Positions 19,198 to 29,148 of a DNA stretch of 64,000 nt are shown piece after piece. Position 1 is the stretch's first letter. Every line of letters starts with the position of its first letter. The DNA is from Vulcanimicrobiota bacterium (GTDB lineage Bacteria; Vulcanimicrobiota; Xenobia; Xenobiales; JADMJV01). The notes beneath the pieces were generated by a model. The model was not told the DNA's origin. It saw nothing but the letters and a program-made list of their open reading frames with translations, and searched no databases. The stretch covers positions 920,709 through 984,708 of the forward strand of contig JBFWNU010000002.1 in the NCBI GenBank assembly GCA_050250895.1, in the 5' to 3' direction. Both the position numbers and the translations under genes were made by a program.

Positions 19198-19863
19198 TCA
19201 ATCAGCTGGCCCTGAACCTACGCTGAAAGTCGCACGTTGGCGAAACTCGCGTTCAGAAATCAGCCCTGCCTCGAGCAGCCGGCGCAGCTTCTGGGGGTCA
19301 TCGGCTTGCTGGTTGCGAGCGACCAGGCCGAGTTCCACCAGGTGCTCTCGCCGTTCTCTTTCAGCCACTACCGCCGGGTCCGGAGGCGGACGAGGTGCAG
19401 CTAGGACCCGGGCCGGTGGGGGTCGGTAGGGACGAGTCCGAAAGTCGACGTAGGCTCCCCGGGCGTCGCGCATTTTGACGTCGACATGATCGACCACGAC
19501 CCGGCCTACGACCTGCCCTGGTTCGATGCGATCGCCGGGCCACACGGCCGGAGCCAGATGCCCGTAGGTGACCTCCACGCCGTCGCGGCCGCGGACGGTA
19601 ATGCCGAACTCGTCACCGTACCAGGGAGTCACGGCCACCACCTGGCCTGGCCAGGCGGCCCGCACCGCCGAGCCGGCCAGCATGGCGATGTCATACCCGT
19701 TGTGAAGCCCTGGATAGCGACGGTATTTCGAGACCGAGCGAGGGTCGTAGAAGCCAGAGCTGACGTAACATCCAGGGTCTCCCCGTCGTTGCTGGAGCAA
19801 GAGGGCGTCCAGGTCCCCCCAGGCAGAAAGCGAGAGTAGAAGCCACAACAGCAGCACTCTCAC
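19198..19863 (-). CDS. M23-family peptidase with signal peptide and SHOCT-like tail
   Basis: HNGYD (HxxxD), VTYGHL, PGQVVG; tail LLEAGLISEREF. Confidence 0.8.
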   Translation of the reverse strand: MRVLLLWLLLSLSAWGDLDALLLQQRRGDPGCYVSSGFYDPRSVSKYRRYPGLHNGYDIAMLAGSAVRAAWPGQVVAVTPWYGDEFGITVRGRDGVEVTYGHLAPAVWPGDRIEPGQVVGRVVVDHVDVKMRDARGAYVDFRTRPYRPPPARVLAAPRPPPDPAVVAERERREHLVELGLVARNQQADDPQKLRRLLEAGLISEREFRQRATFSVGSGPAD

Positions 19864-21212
19864 AGGCGGCCCCCCACGGCCTCGAGTAGCAACCGGTATT
19901 GGGCATACTCGGCTTGTAACTCGAGCAGGGACAGGGCCGCGTCCAGGCGGGCGTTCTCGCGTTGGTTGACCAGAAACAGGGTGCCTTCGCCCAGCTCGAA
20001 GCGCAGCTTCTCGGCCTCTTCTAGTTGAGTGGCCAGGGCCAGTGCCTGGCTGGCCTGCTGGTAGCGCTCGACGGCGGTAACCACGGCCGAAGCCGCATCG
20101 CGCACCTCGAGCACGATGGTGCGGATGGTCTCGACCTGCTCAAGGGCCAACTGGTCGGTCTTGAGCCGGGCCGCCAGCAGGCGTCCGTCGGCGCCGCGGG
20201 TAGCCAGAGGGATGACCAGCTCCAGGCCCGCCTTGACCGAGATACCGATTCCGGTCGGATCGATTCCGGGGGAGAGGGTGAGGTCCAGTTGCGGAAGCTG
20301 GTCGTTCTTAGCCAGCGCCTCGTCGATGGCGATCCGCTCCAGGGCAAACTCGAGGCTCGACACCTCGGGGCGCAAGCGCAGGGCTTCGACTTCGGCCTGG
20401 GCTAACTGGGCGGGTTCCAGGCCCGTCGGCTGAGGCAGCTCTTCGGGGGCAGAAGACGGCAGTTCCTGGGCTTGACCCTGGCTGTTCCAGAGGTAGTAAG
20501 CCAGCTTCAACTGGGCTTTCTCCACCTCACGGCGGGCCTTGACCACCATCTCTCGACGTTTGGCTACCGTTTGCTCGGCCTCGAGTTGATTGACTCGGGC
20601 CAGGTCGCCCGCGGCCACGCGCTCCGCCACGTTGTCCAGTCGCTGCTGGGCCAATTGCAGGCTGGTCTCCACCAGTTCCAACTGGCGCGTCGAACCGACC
20701 CATCCCCAGTAGGCGCTGCCGGCGGCCAGCAGCGTCTGCAGGCGGGCCAGCTGGTAGTAAGCGCCGGCGCTTCTTTCGCCCACCATGGCACGCTGCTCTT
20801 CGGCCGCCTTTTCGTTGATGGAGGCTCCCCGCAGCAGGGGCAGCTTCATCTCGGCAAAAAACTCGCCGGCCTGGCCGGTGTTCGAAAGAGGTGATTTCAC
20901 CGCTCCCTGGTGATTGCGATAACCCGCCTGGAGCTTCATTCCCGAGCGGTCCAGATAGCCGTAGGCCAGGCCGGTACCCCAGAAGGTCTTGGCTTTATCC
21001 TCGCTATTGTAGCGCTGGGTGAGGGTGTAAAAGCCGATCGATGGATCAAAAGCGCCCTGCTTTTCTAGCGTCTTGGCCCGAGCCACTTCCAGCTCGAGTT
21101 CGGCTTTGCGCAACTTGGGGTGATTGCGCTCGACCGCCTGGAGAACGTCGGCCAGGGTAAGGGCCGAGGCCATCTGCGTGAGCAGCAGCAGAATAGCAAA
21201 CAGCAGTCTCAT
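19860..21212 (-). CDS. TolC-family outer membrane protein
   Basis: Signal peptide; NHPKL, GAFDP, LPQLDL and EKLRFELGEGTLFLVNQRE motifs; ATGA overlap with the HlyD gene. Confidence 0.88.
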   Translation of the reverse strand: MRLLFAILLLLTQMASALTLADVLQAVERNHPKLRKAELELEVARAKTLEKQGAFDPSIGFYTLTQRYNSEDKAKTFWGTGLAYGYLDRSGMKLQAGYRNHQGAVKSPLSNTGQAGEFFAEMKLPLLRGASINEKAAEEQRAMVGERSAGAYYQLARLQTLLAAGSAYWGWVGSTRQLELVETSLQLAQQRLDNVAERVAAGDLARVNQLEAEQTVAKRREMVVKARREVEKAQLKLAYYLWNSQGQAQELPSSAPEELPQPTGLEPAQLAQAEVEALRLRPEVSSLEFALERIAIDEALAKNDQLPQLDLTLSPGIDPTGIGISVKAGLELVIPLATRGADGRLLAARLKTDQLALEQVETIRTIVLEVRDAASAVVTAVERYQQASQALALATQLEEAEKLRFELGEGTLFLVNQRENARLDAALSLLELQAEYAQYRLLLEAVGGRL

Positions 21213-22558
21213 CGTCGGATCACCGGCTTGGTCTTGGCTTTCTTGTCGTCGAGGGGCACGGCCGGGAAGGCGTTGAGCTGGCGCCACATTTCGTAGTAGA
21301 GCGGCACCTCTCCCAGCATCACCCAGCCGGTAGCCCCTCCCCCAACCCTGAGCTGGTCCGGCCCCGGCCAGGGTCCATCGGGGCGAACCAGCACGCGAAA
21401 GCGCGACTTGCCATCATCCACGGCATCCACCACGGCCACCGTGCCTCCGAAGGTGCCGGCGGCAGCCCAGGGCCAGGCTGCGAACGGCACGGCCGGGAAG
21501 CCGTCGAACATCAGTCGCACCTGGCTGCCCGGGGTGACGAGCGGGGCATCGAAGCTGGTGAAAAACAGTTCCACTGCCTGGTCCTGGGTGGTGGGCACGA
21601 TCAGGGCCAGTTCGTCTCCCTCCTTGACCGCCTCGCCGGGTCCGAACTTGGCCAACCGGGCCACCCGGCCATCGGCCGGGGCTAGAACCTTGCGCAGGCG
21701 CTCGCGGACCGCCAGAGCTCCCAATTCGTTGCGGAGCTTTTCCAGCTTCTCGTCGGTCTCGGCCAGGCTCTCTTGAGTTTTTAGCGAGTCGTCACGAACC
21801 TTGAGGATCTCCTCCTGGATCTCGGTGGCGATTTTCTGGCGCTCGAGGCCGGCAATGGCGATGTCGCGGGCGGCTACGTCGAGTTCGGCGCGCAGGGCCA
21901 CGGTGTCGGTCTGGCTCTTGACGTAACTCTGCTCGGCGAGTTCCCGATCGCGTTGCGAGCGCAAGCCGGCGGCGTACAGCTTTTCGACTCGCTCGAGATT
22001 GAGGCGCGAGGTCACCTCGTTCTGCTCCGCCGCCAAGAGCTTCTGGCGCGTCATCTCGCGTTTTTGGACAGTCTGGGATTGCTTTTCGCCGGCCGCCGGC
22101 AAAGCCGCGGCCGAGGCTTGCTCCAGATTTTGCCGTTGGCTTTCCAGGGTGTCTAAGCGGAGCAGGGCAGCCTGGCGTTTATTTTCCAGGGCCAGGATCT
22201 GATTATCCAGGCGCAAGCGAAGGTCGGGATCGAGATACTTGCTGTCGGTGTCCTCGATAACGCACAGCAGGTCGCCGCGGGACACCAGCTCTCCCTCGAA
22301 AACATGCCAGCTTTGCAGGCGACCCTTGATCTGAGCGTCCACGGTTTGGGGCCGTTGCATCGGGGAGAACACGGTGACCTCTCCTTTGCCCACCACGGTT
22401 TGGCGCCAGGGGACAAGCACCAGGCAGGCCACCAGGCCGGCCAGCATCACCAACAATACGGCGGCCAGGGTGAGGGCGGGTCGACCCACCGACACCAGTT
22501 GGTAGGAGAGATAGCTTTCGGCAGTGGATTTGCTTTCCGAGTCGACGGGGTAGGGCAT
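21209..22558 (-). CDS. HlyD-family membrane fusion protein
   Basis: N-terminal TM, PWRQTVVGKGEV, lipoyl half-motifs (EGELVSRGD, APADGRV), long coiled coil, YEMWRQLNAFP. Confidence 0.88.
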   Translation of the reverse strand: MPYPVDSESKSTAESYLSYQLVSVGRPALTLAAVLLVMLAGLVACLVLVPWRQTVVGKGEVTVFSPMQRPQTVDAQIKGRLQSWHVFEGELVSRGDLLCVIEDTDSKYLDPDLRLRLDNQILALENKRQAALLRLDTLESQRQNLEQASAAALPAAGEKQSQTVQKREMTRQKLLAAEQNEVTSRLNLERVEKLYAAGLRSQRDRELAEQSYVKSQTDTVALRAELDVAARDIAIAGLERQKIATEIQEEILKVRDDSLKTQESLAETDEKLEKLRNELGALAVRERLRKVLAPADGRVARLAKFGPGEAVKEGDELALIVPTTQDQAVELFFTSFDAPLVTPGSQVRLMFDGFPAVPFAAWPWAAAGTFGGTVAVVDAVDDGKSRFRVLVRPDGPWPGPDQLRVGGGATGWVMLGEVPLYYEMWRQLNAFPAVPLDDKKAKTKPVIRR

Positions 22559-24286
22559 CTACAGGAACTCCTCCAGACCTCTCGCCAGGTGGGGCAACTC
22601 TTTCCATAACGCGCTGTCGGGCTTGCGCACCATTTGGCGCCAATCGCCCTGGCCAACCACGCAGCCCCGGCTCAAGACGACAACCAGGTCGCAGCGACGC
22701 ACGGCCTCGGGGTCGGCCATGGTGGCTACCACGGTGGTGCCTGGGTTTGGGGCCAGGAGTTGGCCGTAGATCTCGACGCGCCGTGGCTCGTCGACGGCCG
22801 GCAGCGGGTCGTCGAGCAGCAAGAGGCGAGGACTTTCGACCAGAGCTCTGGCCAACAACACCCGCTGCAGCTGGCTATCGCTGAGATTGCGACCCATGCT
22901 GGCCAGGCGAGTAGAGAGGCCGGCGAAGTCGTCTTGTAGCCCCACCAGGGACAACACTCGCCGCAGTTCGTGATGACCGACATCTCGACCCATGTGGATG
23001 TTCTCTTCCAGGCTGCCCTCGAAGATCTCGTTACGAGCCGAGGCCAGGGACACAGCTTGCCAGAGTGAACTCAGCTCGACCTCGCCCAGGTCGATCTCGT
23101 CGATTTCCAGGCTGCCGTGATCCGGTTCGAGCAGGCCGGCCATCAATTGCAGCAGCGTCGACTTGCCCGAGCCGTTACTGCCCAGCAGGGCCACCCGCTG
23201 GCCGGACGCCAGTTGCAGGTCGACTCTCTCGAGGGCCGGGCGGTCTTGATGGCGCAGACTTACCGAGCGCAGGTTGAGGGCTGCGCCTCGCTTCGTGTCG
23301 GGCAGGGGACGCCCGCCCTGGCGATCGACCGGCAGGGCCGTGATATAGCCGACCTTGGCCAGACCCGTGTGCAGGTCATAGAAGGGTTCGACCAGGCGAA
23401 TCAGCTTGTCTGACGCTTTGAGCACTCCCCAGACCACCAGCTCGGCGGCCACCAGTTGACCCAGCGTCAGTTGCCGGTTGATGACCATCCAGCCCCCCAG
23501 TCCCAGCATGCCCGCCAGGGCCAGCGAGCCCAACAGATAGTGAGCGCAGAACTGTCTTAGAATGACGGCGAAATGGCGCCTTCGATCGCGGATGAAGTTG
23601 GCCACTCGCTGGTCGGCCTGACGGATCCAATAGTCGGGATGCCCATCGAGTTTCAGGCCCGTGTGGCAGCGTGCGGTTTCCTCCAGCCACTCGGCCACCT
23701 CGTATTTGCGGCTCGACTCGGCCAGGCTGGTGCGAATGCCCCCCAGCCCGAGAACGGTGAGGATGAAGAACCCGGCCCCGGCCAGAGCCAGGGCGAAGGC
23801 GAGCAGTTGGGGGCCGTAAAGAGCCAGCAGGCTCAATCCTACCATCACCTCGAAAAGCGCGCCGGGACCTTCGAACACGAGCTTGAACCAGCTCTTCTGA
23901 ACATTGACCACATCGAAGAATCGGTTCATTAATTCGGGAGGATTTTGCTCGGCCAGGGCCTGGCGAGAAACCCTGGTTAGACGTTGCGAGAGGCGCAAAG
24001 CGACCCGAGCGAAGATACGCTCTCGCATGCGCTCGACCAGGGCCAGGCGCAGCAGTGTCAGTAGGCCCGCGAAGAACAGTCCACCGAAGACCGCCATCGT
24101 GAGCACCACCAGCGGTTGAAGCGACAGCCCGACGGCCACGATATTGACCAGCGCCTGGGCGGCCAGGGGGACGGCCAGCCAGAGCAAACTGGTGACCAGA
24201 CTGTAGACGAGGACTACCGCCAGGTCACGGCGATCCTCGGCGAGCATGGTAGCCAGACGTTTCCAGGAAGAGGGATACTTCGCCAT
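22559..24286 (-). CDS. type I secretion-like ABC transporter (TMD+NBD) with degenerate NBD motifs
   Basis: TM domain with PELMNRFFDV and GQLVAAEL; Walker A GSNGSGKST; signature LSDSQ; Walker B LLLLDD. Confidence 0.88.
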   Translation of the reverse strand: MAKYPSSWKRLATMLAEDRRDLAVVLVYSLVTSLLWLAVPLAAQALVNIVAVGLSLQPLVVLTMAVFGGLFFAGLLTLLRLALVERMRERIFARVALRLSQRLTRVSRQALAEQNPPELMNRFFDVVNVQKSWFKLVFEGPGALFEVMVGLSLLALYGPQLLAFALALAGAGFFILTVLGLGGIRTSLAESSRKYEVAEWLEETARCHTGLKLDGHPDYWIRQADQRVANFIRDRRRHFAVILRQFCAHYLLGSLALAGMLGLGGWMVINRQLTLGQLVAAELVVWGVLKASDKLIRLVEPFYDLHTGLAKVGYITALPVDRQGGRPLPDTKRGAALNLRSVSLRHQDRPALERVDLQLASGQRVALLGSNGSGKSTLLQLMAGLLEPDHGSLEIDEIDLGEVELSSLWQAVSLASARNEIFEGSLEENIHMGRDVGHHELRRVLSLVGLQDDFAGLSTRLASMGRNLSDSQLQRVLLARALVESPRLLLLDDPLPAVDEPRRVEIYGQLLAPNPGTTVVATMADPEAVRRCDLVVVLSRGCVVGQGDWRQMVRKPDSALWKELPHLARGLEEFL

Positions 24287-24365
24287 CAACGGGATAGTAG
24301 CCGGCGGATTTGAACGCTTTCCAGGGCCACGATGAGCGTTCGATGAGACGAGAATTAGACTCTTC

Positions 24366-26213
24366 TCAGATTCGACCCTCGAGCGGCCAACTCACCGGCC
24401 AGTTACAGCGCCACGGCGAGCGAGAATAGAACCAGCCGCGGTAGCACAATACGGCCACTCCCTGGTCTAAACCGACCAGGTCTGGGTGTTCGGCGCCCAG
24501 CCAGGCGGCCAGCAGTTGGCGGCCTTCCTCCAGCGGGCGTGAGTCGCCGGTGACCACCGCTTGCAGCAAGAGGGAGGTGCCTACCTCGGGGTGGTCAGGG
24601 CCATAGACAGTGCGAAAGAGCGCTTCGCGTTGGCGGGCCAGGGCCAGGGCCCGCTCCGGGCAACCGAGGCAGAAGCTGGCTAGCGCCTCGAGGGTGAGGG
24701 ACTCGCCGCGGGACGGATTTCCTGGGCCATAGGCCTCCACCCGCAGTTCATGGGCCCGGCCAGCCAACTCCAGAGCCTGGACTGGCTGGTCGTGATGCAA
24801 AGCCAACCAGGCCCCCACCTCCAGCAAGCTGATCTGGCGTCGATGCTTGGAGCCGAGATGGACCTTCAGGTGCTGGGCCTGCTTCCAGAGATCCCAGAGC
24901 TCCTCAGACGCGCCCTCGGGGGCCAGCCACCAGAGGCCAGCTTCCAGGCTTTCGGCCACCACATGGGGTTTACGCAGGCCATGCAGACTCCGATAAAGCT
25001 GCTTGGCTTGCTCCCAGTGGGCCCGGCCCTTCTCTCGCTGATCCTGGCGAGCCATGATCGTGGCGAGATTCAGGTAGCGATTGCTGCGGGCATGTTCATC
25101 GAGCCGCGGCAACTCGGCTTCCAGCAGGGCTGTAGCCCGGTCGAAATCGCCCAGATAGTAGAGCAGGCAGGCTTTCTGCAGCTCGCTTCCCTCCAGCCGG
25201 TCCATTAAACGCAGCGAGCGGGTCATGGCGCCGCGGGTGCGCAGGCTCCGGGCTACCTGGCGAATCAGAGGACGGTGACCCACGTCGTCGGGCAGGTCGC
25301 CCTGCTCGACTAGATGCAGCTTGAGTTCATGAGCGGTGCGGTTGACCAGCGAGAGCACCTCGAGATAGCGCTCGTCCTCGACCAGCCCGGCCTGGGAGAG
25401 GTCCTTGCGAAGGTCGTCGCGGCGCACCAGGGCCTCGACATCCCCGATTCCCAGTTTGAGGGGGCGACGAAAGGCCAGCCCTCGCACCACCACGATCAGT
25501 TGCGAATTGGTCCCCCGACCCAGCTGGCCATCTTGACCCAGGGCCACGTAGCCATCCGGCCACTGGTGCTTGGCCAGAGGCTCGTTGACCGGAACGTGGC
25601 TCGGCAGAGGCTCGCCGTCAATCCAGAACGCCAGATTGAAGCCGATGCACCGCTCTCGAATGGCCTCTCGTTCGCTGGCGTCGAAGCAACGCCTGAACCA
25701 GAGCATCGGCCGCCGTCGATAAGCCAGGGTGATGACCGTTTGGGGCTCGGGGAAGGGCGGGGGCAGGCTCTCGACGTGGGGCTCGGAGAGGCCGAGCCAC
25801 AGGCGATGTCCGCTTTGCGGATCCCACGATTCCACCGTGATGAAGCGTAGCGGCAGGTTCTGAGCGCCGCGCAGGCCGATAGCCAGTTCCTGGTAGGCGT
25901 GCTGCTCGGGACCGGTGGGGGAGCCCAGTACGTATTGGAAGATGTCGCCCAGTATGGCCCGGGGAAAGATCGCCCCTCGGGCCGTCAGACGGGCTTCCAG
26001 GGGGCTCCACTCGAGTTCGATTCGCTCGGCCCCCGCCCCGACGGCGGCGCTGACCAGGTTGAGAATGTAATGACTGGGGTCGGCCAGGCGAAACGAACCC
26101 AGTTTCTCGAGGGCTCGCTCGGAACTGAGCGTGAAGGTTCCCGACGAATCGAAGCGTCCCTGGCTATAGAGACCTTCCAGCATCTCTTCGAACTCGTTGA
26201 GATCGGCTTCCAC
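24366..26213 (-). CDS. HSP90/GHKL-like N-terminal domain protein with TPR-like C-terminus
   Basis: SSGTFTLS..RALEKL..F.L.DP.HYILNLVSAAV and DLSQAGLVED; HP-containing TPR-like repeats. Confidence 0.6.
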   Translation of the reverse strand: MEADLNEFEEMLEGLYSQGRFDSSGTFTLSSERALEKLGSFRLADPSHYILNLVSAAVGAGAERIELEWSPLEARLTARGAIFPRAILGDIFQYVLGSPTGPEQHAYQELAIGLRGAQNLPLRFITVESWDPQSGHRLWLGLSEPHVESLPPPFPEPQTVITLAYRRRPMLWFRRCFDASEREAIRERCIGFNLAFWIDGEPLPSHVPVNEPLAKHQWPDGYVALGQDGQLGRGTNSQLIVVVRGLAFRRPLKLGIGDVEALVRRDDLRKDLSQAGLVEDERYLEVLSLVNRTAHELKLHLVEQGDLPDDVGHRPLIRQVARSLRTRGAMTRSLRLMDRLEGSELQKACLLYYLGDFDRATALLEAELPRLDEHARSNRYLNLATIMARQDQREKGRAHWEQAKQLYRSLHGLRKPHVVAESLEAGLWWLAPEGASEELWDLWKQAQHLKVHLGSKHRRQISLLEVGAWLALHHDQPVQALELAGRAHELRVEAYGPGNPSRGESLTLEALASFCLGCPERALALARQREALFRTVYGPDHPEVGTSLLLQAVVTGDSRPLEEGRQLLAAWLGAEHPDLVGLDQGVAVLCYRGWFYSRSPWRCNWPVSWPLEGRI

Positions 26214-26391
26214 ACTAGCTTCTTCGCGTTGGCGAAAAGCGTTCCCGCCAGCAGGTTTTCGGGGGTCTAACGTTATATTTGTAAACAGTTTGTTAAATCA
26301 GGTCCAGGGTACTTAACTCTGGTTCGCCGGGTGGGATAGACAATCAACAACCTTTAGAAACCAAATACACGCTCGAAGGGGAAAGCAAAAA

Positions 26392-27471
26392 ATGGCTGGC
26401 TATATGACGATGAATCCTGCAATGATGTACGGACAATTCAACATCTCTGCAGGAGGCTGCTACGGCCCGAACATGGGCAACAGTTGCGGCAATATTCTCG
26501 GCGGACAGGGTGGCAAGACCCTGATCGGCGCCCTTCTCGGAACTTTGGCCGGCGGTATGCTGATGCCGGGCAACCCGCTCGGTATGCTCCTGGGCGCTGG
26601 CCTCGGCGCTTTCGTCGGCAACCAGATGGGACAACACCATCAGGGCGGTTGCTGCAACCAGAACTATCCCAACGCCGGCTGCTATCCTCCTGGTGGCAAC
26701 AACTGGTTCGGCGGTCCTCAGAACGGCGGCTGGTGCCCTCCTCAGCAGGGTGGCTGGTGCCCGCAACCCCCTTACTGGGGCGGCGGCCAGAACTGGGGCG
26801 GCGGCCAGAACTGGGGTGGCGGCCAGAACTGGGGTGGCGGCGGCAACTGCTGCCCTGGCTACCAACAGCCCTGGGGCCATCAGTGCGGCCCTCAGAACCA
26901 CTGCCACCAGGGCCCGGGCGGCAATCCCGGCGGCCAGCTCTGCCAGGAGAAGGATGGCAAGCCGATCAAATACACCACCAGCGGTGGTTACAACGTCGAA
27001 GTGAACGGCCACGACGTCAAGATTACCGACCCTAACGGCCACGTTCTCAACAGCTGGGGCGACCCCCACGAGAAGCTCGACGGCAAGCACATCAAGGACT
27101 GGGAAGGCAAACAGCGCTCCATCATCCTTGGCGACGGCACCAAGATCACCATGAGCGCCACCGGCGCCCAGGGCGTCACCACCAACACCAGCATCTACGA
27201 CGGCAACCAGAACGTTCAGATCAATAACGAAGGCAACCACATCACCCATCACTCGGCCAACCCCTGGGACACCTGGTCCCGCGAGGGTCGCCAGTACGAC
27301 GGTGAGACCGCTGTCTTCCGTCCCACCTGGGATGGCGGCGCTGCCTACTACAACATCTACAACCAGGACCAAAACCTGAACATTACCCGCAACTGGGACC
27401 CCCTGGCTCGGGTGCTCGGCGACGGTAAGGTCAAAGACTACTACGACGACCCTCGTCTCGGTCACACCTAA
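26392..27471 (+). CDS. Gly/Gln/Cys-rich protein with C-terminal DUF1521-like domain
   Basis: Glycine-zipper N-terminus, WGGGQN repeats, WGDPHEKLDGKH and LGDGTKITM motifs. Confidence 0.75.
   Translation: MAGYMTMNPAMMYGQFNISAGGCYGPNMGNSCGNILGGQGGKTLIGALLGTLAGGMLMPGNPLGMLLGAGLGAFVGNQMGQHHQGGCCNQNYPNAGCYPPGGNNWFGGPQNGGWCPPQQGGWCPQPPYWGGGQNWGGGQNWGGGQNWGGGGNCCPGYQQPWGHQCGPQNHCHQGPGGNPGGQLCQEKDGKPIKYTTSGGYNVEVNGHDVKITDPNGHVLNSWGDPHEKLDGKHIKDWEGKQRSIILGDGTKITMSATGAQGVTTNTSIYDGNQNVQINNEGNHITHHSANPWDTWSREGRQYDGETAVFRPTWDGGAAYYNIYNQDQNLNITRNWDPLARVLGDGKVKDYYDDPRLGHT
26776..26847 (+). repeat. 18-bp coding repeat WGGGQN x3 plus one degenerate unit
   Basis: TGGGG(C/T)GGCGGCCAGAAC units read directly from the sequence. 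Confidence 0.85.
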
Positions 27472-27483
27472 ACCCAAACAGCG

Positions 27484-27533
27484 AATCTAAGTAGGAGCCG
27501 GCGGAGCTTGCGCGAAGCCGGCTCTTAGATTTT
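27484..27533 (+). terminator. intrinsic terminator-like hairpin
   Basis: GAGCCGGC/GCCGGCTC stem, with AATCTAAG/CTTAGATT flanking and a T-rich tail. Confidence 0.65.
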
Positions 27534-27549
27534 CTAGGAGGACCCTTCA

Positions 27550-29148
27550 GTGCCCACAGATACCCAACCGCAAGGCGACCGAGTTTTGTTGACCACGGTC
27601 CAGGCGGTCCTGGAAGGTACGGCTACCGTCGAGGAACTGCTCGAGGTGGTCGAGCAGAGTCGCCAGTCGATGGTCGATTCGCTGGCCGATTTCAAAGCAA
27701 GCTATGAGGGTCTTGGACCCGAAGGGCGCGAGGCTTGCGCCAGTTTGGTAGACACGGCCGACCAGTTGTTTGCCATCATGGCCCAGGCCATCGACATGAT
27801 CGCCAACTATGCCGAAAGCGGTGATCCCAATGACCTGCGGGTCGGGCTGTCCCAGGTCGACCGGGCTGCCTTTCAGATCAACCTCTTGTCACTGGATTTT
27901 CGCCACAAGGCTCTGGCGGCCGAGGGGCCGACCGAGATTCCCCAGCTGAACCTTCTCATCAAGTTTCACGAAGCTTACCAGCAAGACCCCAAAGCCAACT
28001 TCGAGCCTCTCCGCGAGGCCGTGCAGTTCGAGCGGGTCGAGGCCTTGAAGGCTCTCGATGATCTGGCCAAGGAGCCTGACATCAGCGAGGTGGCCAGCAT
28101 GAAGGCCGCCTTTGACGAGCACCTGCGCTGCATGAACCGGCTGGCTCACGCTCTCGATGAGAAAAAGGCCTTCCAGATCGACAAGGAGCTGCATCAATCT
28201 CGCACCACTTTTGGTCGGATCAAAGAGCTCATGCCGGTGGTGCAGATGGCCCTGCGGGGCCACGGCCCCACCGCCTACCCCGATATCAACCTGATCCTCA
28301 AGCTGGCCAGAGACGTCGAGCTGCAACGGGTCAGCGAGTCGCTGCTGGTCGACGCCCTCGAGAATGTGGCCGAAAGCTTCGGAGAGACTCGCGAGAAATT
28401 GGCTTCTGCCACCGGAGAGGGCGAGTCGGCCTTGCTCAAGGAAGAACTCGAGAAGGCCCAGCAAGCCTTCGACATGATGGAAGAGGCCATCGACGAGTTC
28501 GATGAGTTCTTCGAGGGTCGCATGCTCCACGTTTTGCAAGGCGCAGCGGCCAAGCTCGAGCAGGCCGCCGTCGAGATGGAGAGCGCCTACAAAGGGGTGC
28601 TCAAAGTGGCCGATCGCGAGGGCAAGACGCCCTGCATGAAGTGCGGTCACTACAATCCGGTCGAGCGGCAGTTGTGCGAGTCTTGCGGGGCTCCGCTGCC
28701 GGTCAAGGCGGGTACGGCCCGCTCGACTTTCGAGACTTCCGAAGGCCCGAATCGACAGGCCGGCAGCACCGGCGAGCCCTTTGTGACCACCAACCTGCTG
28801 AAGGTCTACCAGGCCGTCAACGCCATCGACGCAGGCGAGATCACGGCCGACGAGTTTACCGAAGTGCTCAACTGGTTCGAGAACCTGGTCGAGGTCAACT
28901 ACAACAACGCCCCCGAACCCGACGAAGAAGGCGGCGAGGCGGCCGAGGCGCTCGAAGAGATGTTCGTCAACGGCGTGGAAGAGATCCGCAAAGGGATCGC
29001 CTGTCTGCGCGACTATCTCGAGTCGGGGCTACAGGCTCAGTTGCAGAACGGCGTTCGCGAGATCGACCAGGGAGCCCGCAAACTGGCCACCATCGCCGAC
29101 GCTACCCGACCCGGCCTGGCGGCCGAACTGGGAAAGGGTGAAGAGTGA
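27550..29148 (+). CDS. acidic helical-repeat protein with zinc ribbon
   Basis: AGGAGG RBS; CMKC...CESC zinc ribbon; internal repeat GPTEIPQLNLLIK / GPTAYPDINLILK. Confidence 0.75.
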   Translation: MPTDTQPQGDRVLLTTVQAVLEGTATVEELLEVVEQSRQSMVDSLADFKASYEGLGPEGREACASLVDTADQLFAIMAQAIDMIANYAESGDPNDLRVGLSQVDRAAFQINLLSLDFRHKALAAEGPTEIPQLNLLIKFHEAYQQDPKANFEPLREAVQFERVEALKALDDLAKEPDISEVASMKAAFDEHLRCMNRLAHALDEKKAFQIDKELHQSRTTFGRIKELMPVVQMALRGHGPTAYPDINLILKLARDVELQRVSESLLVDALENVAESFGETREKLASATGEGESALLKEELEKAQQAFDMMEEAIDEFDEFFEGRMLHVLQGAAAKLEQAAVEMESAYKGVLKVADREGKTPCMKCGHYNPVERQLCESCGAPLPVKAGTARSTFETSEGPNRQAGSTGEPFVTTNLLKVYQAVNAIDAGEITADEFTEVLNWFENLVEVNYNNAPEPDEEGGEAAEALEEMFVNGVEEIRKGIACLRDYLESGLQAQLQNGVREIDQGARKLATIADATRPGLAAELGKGEE

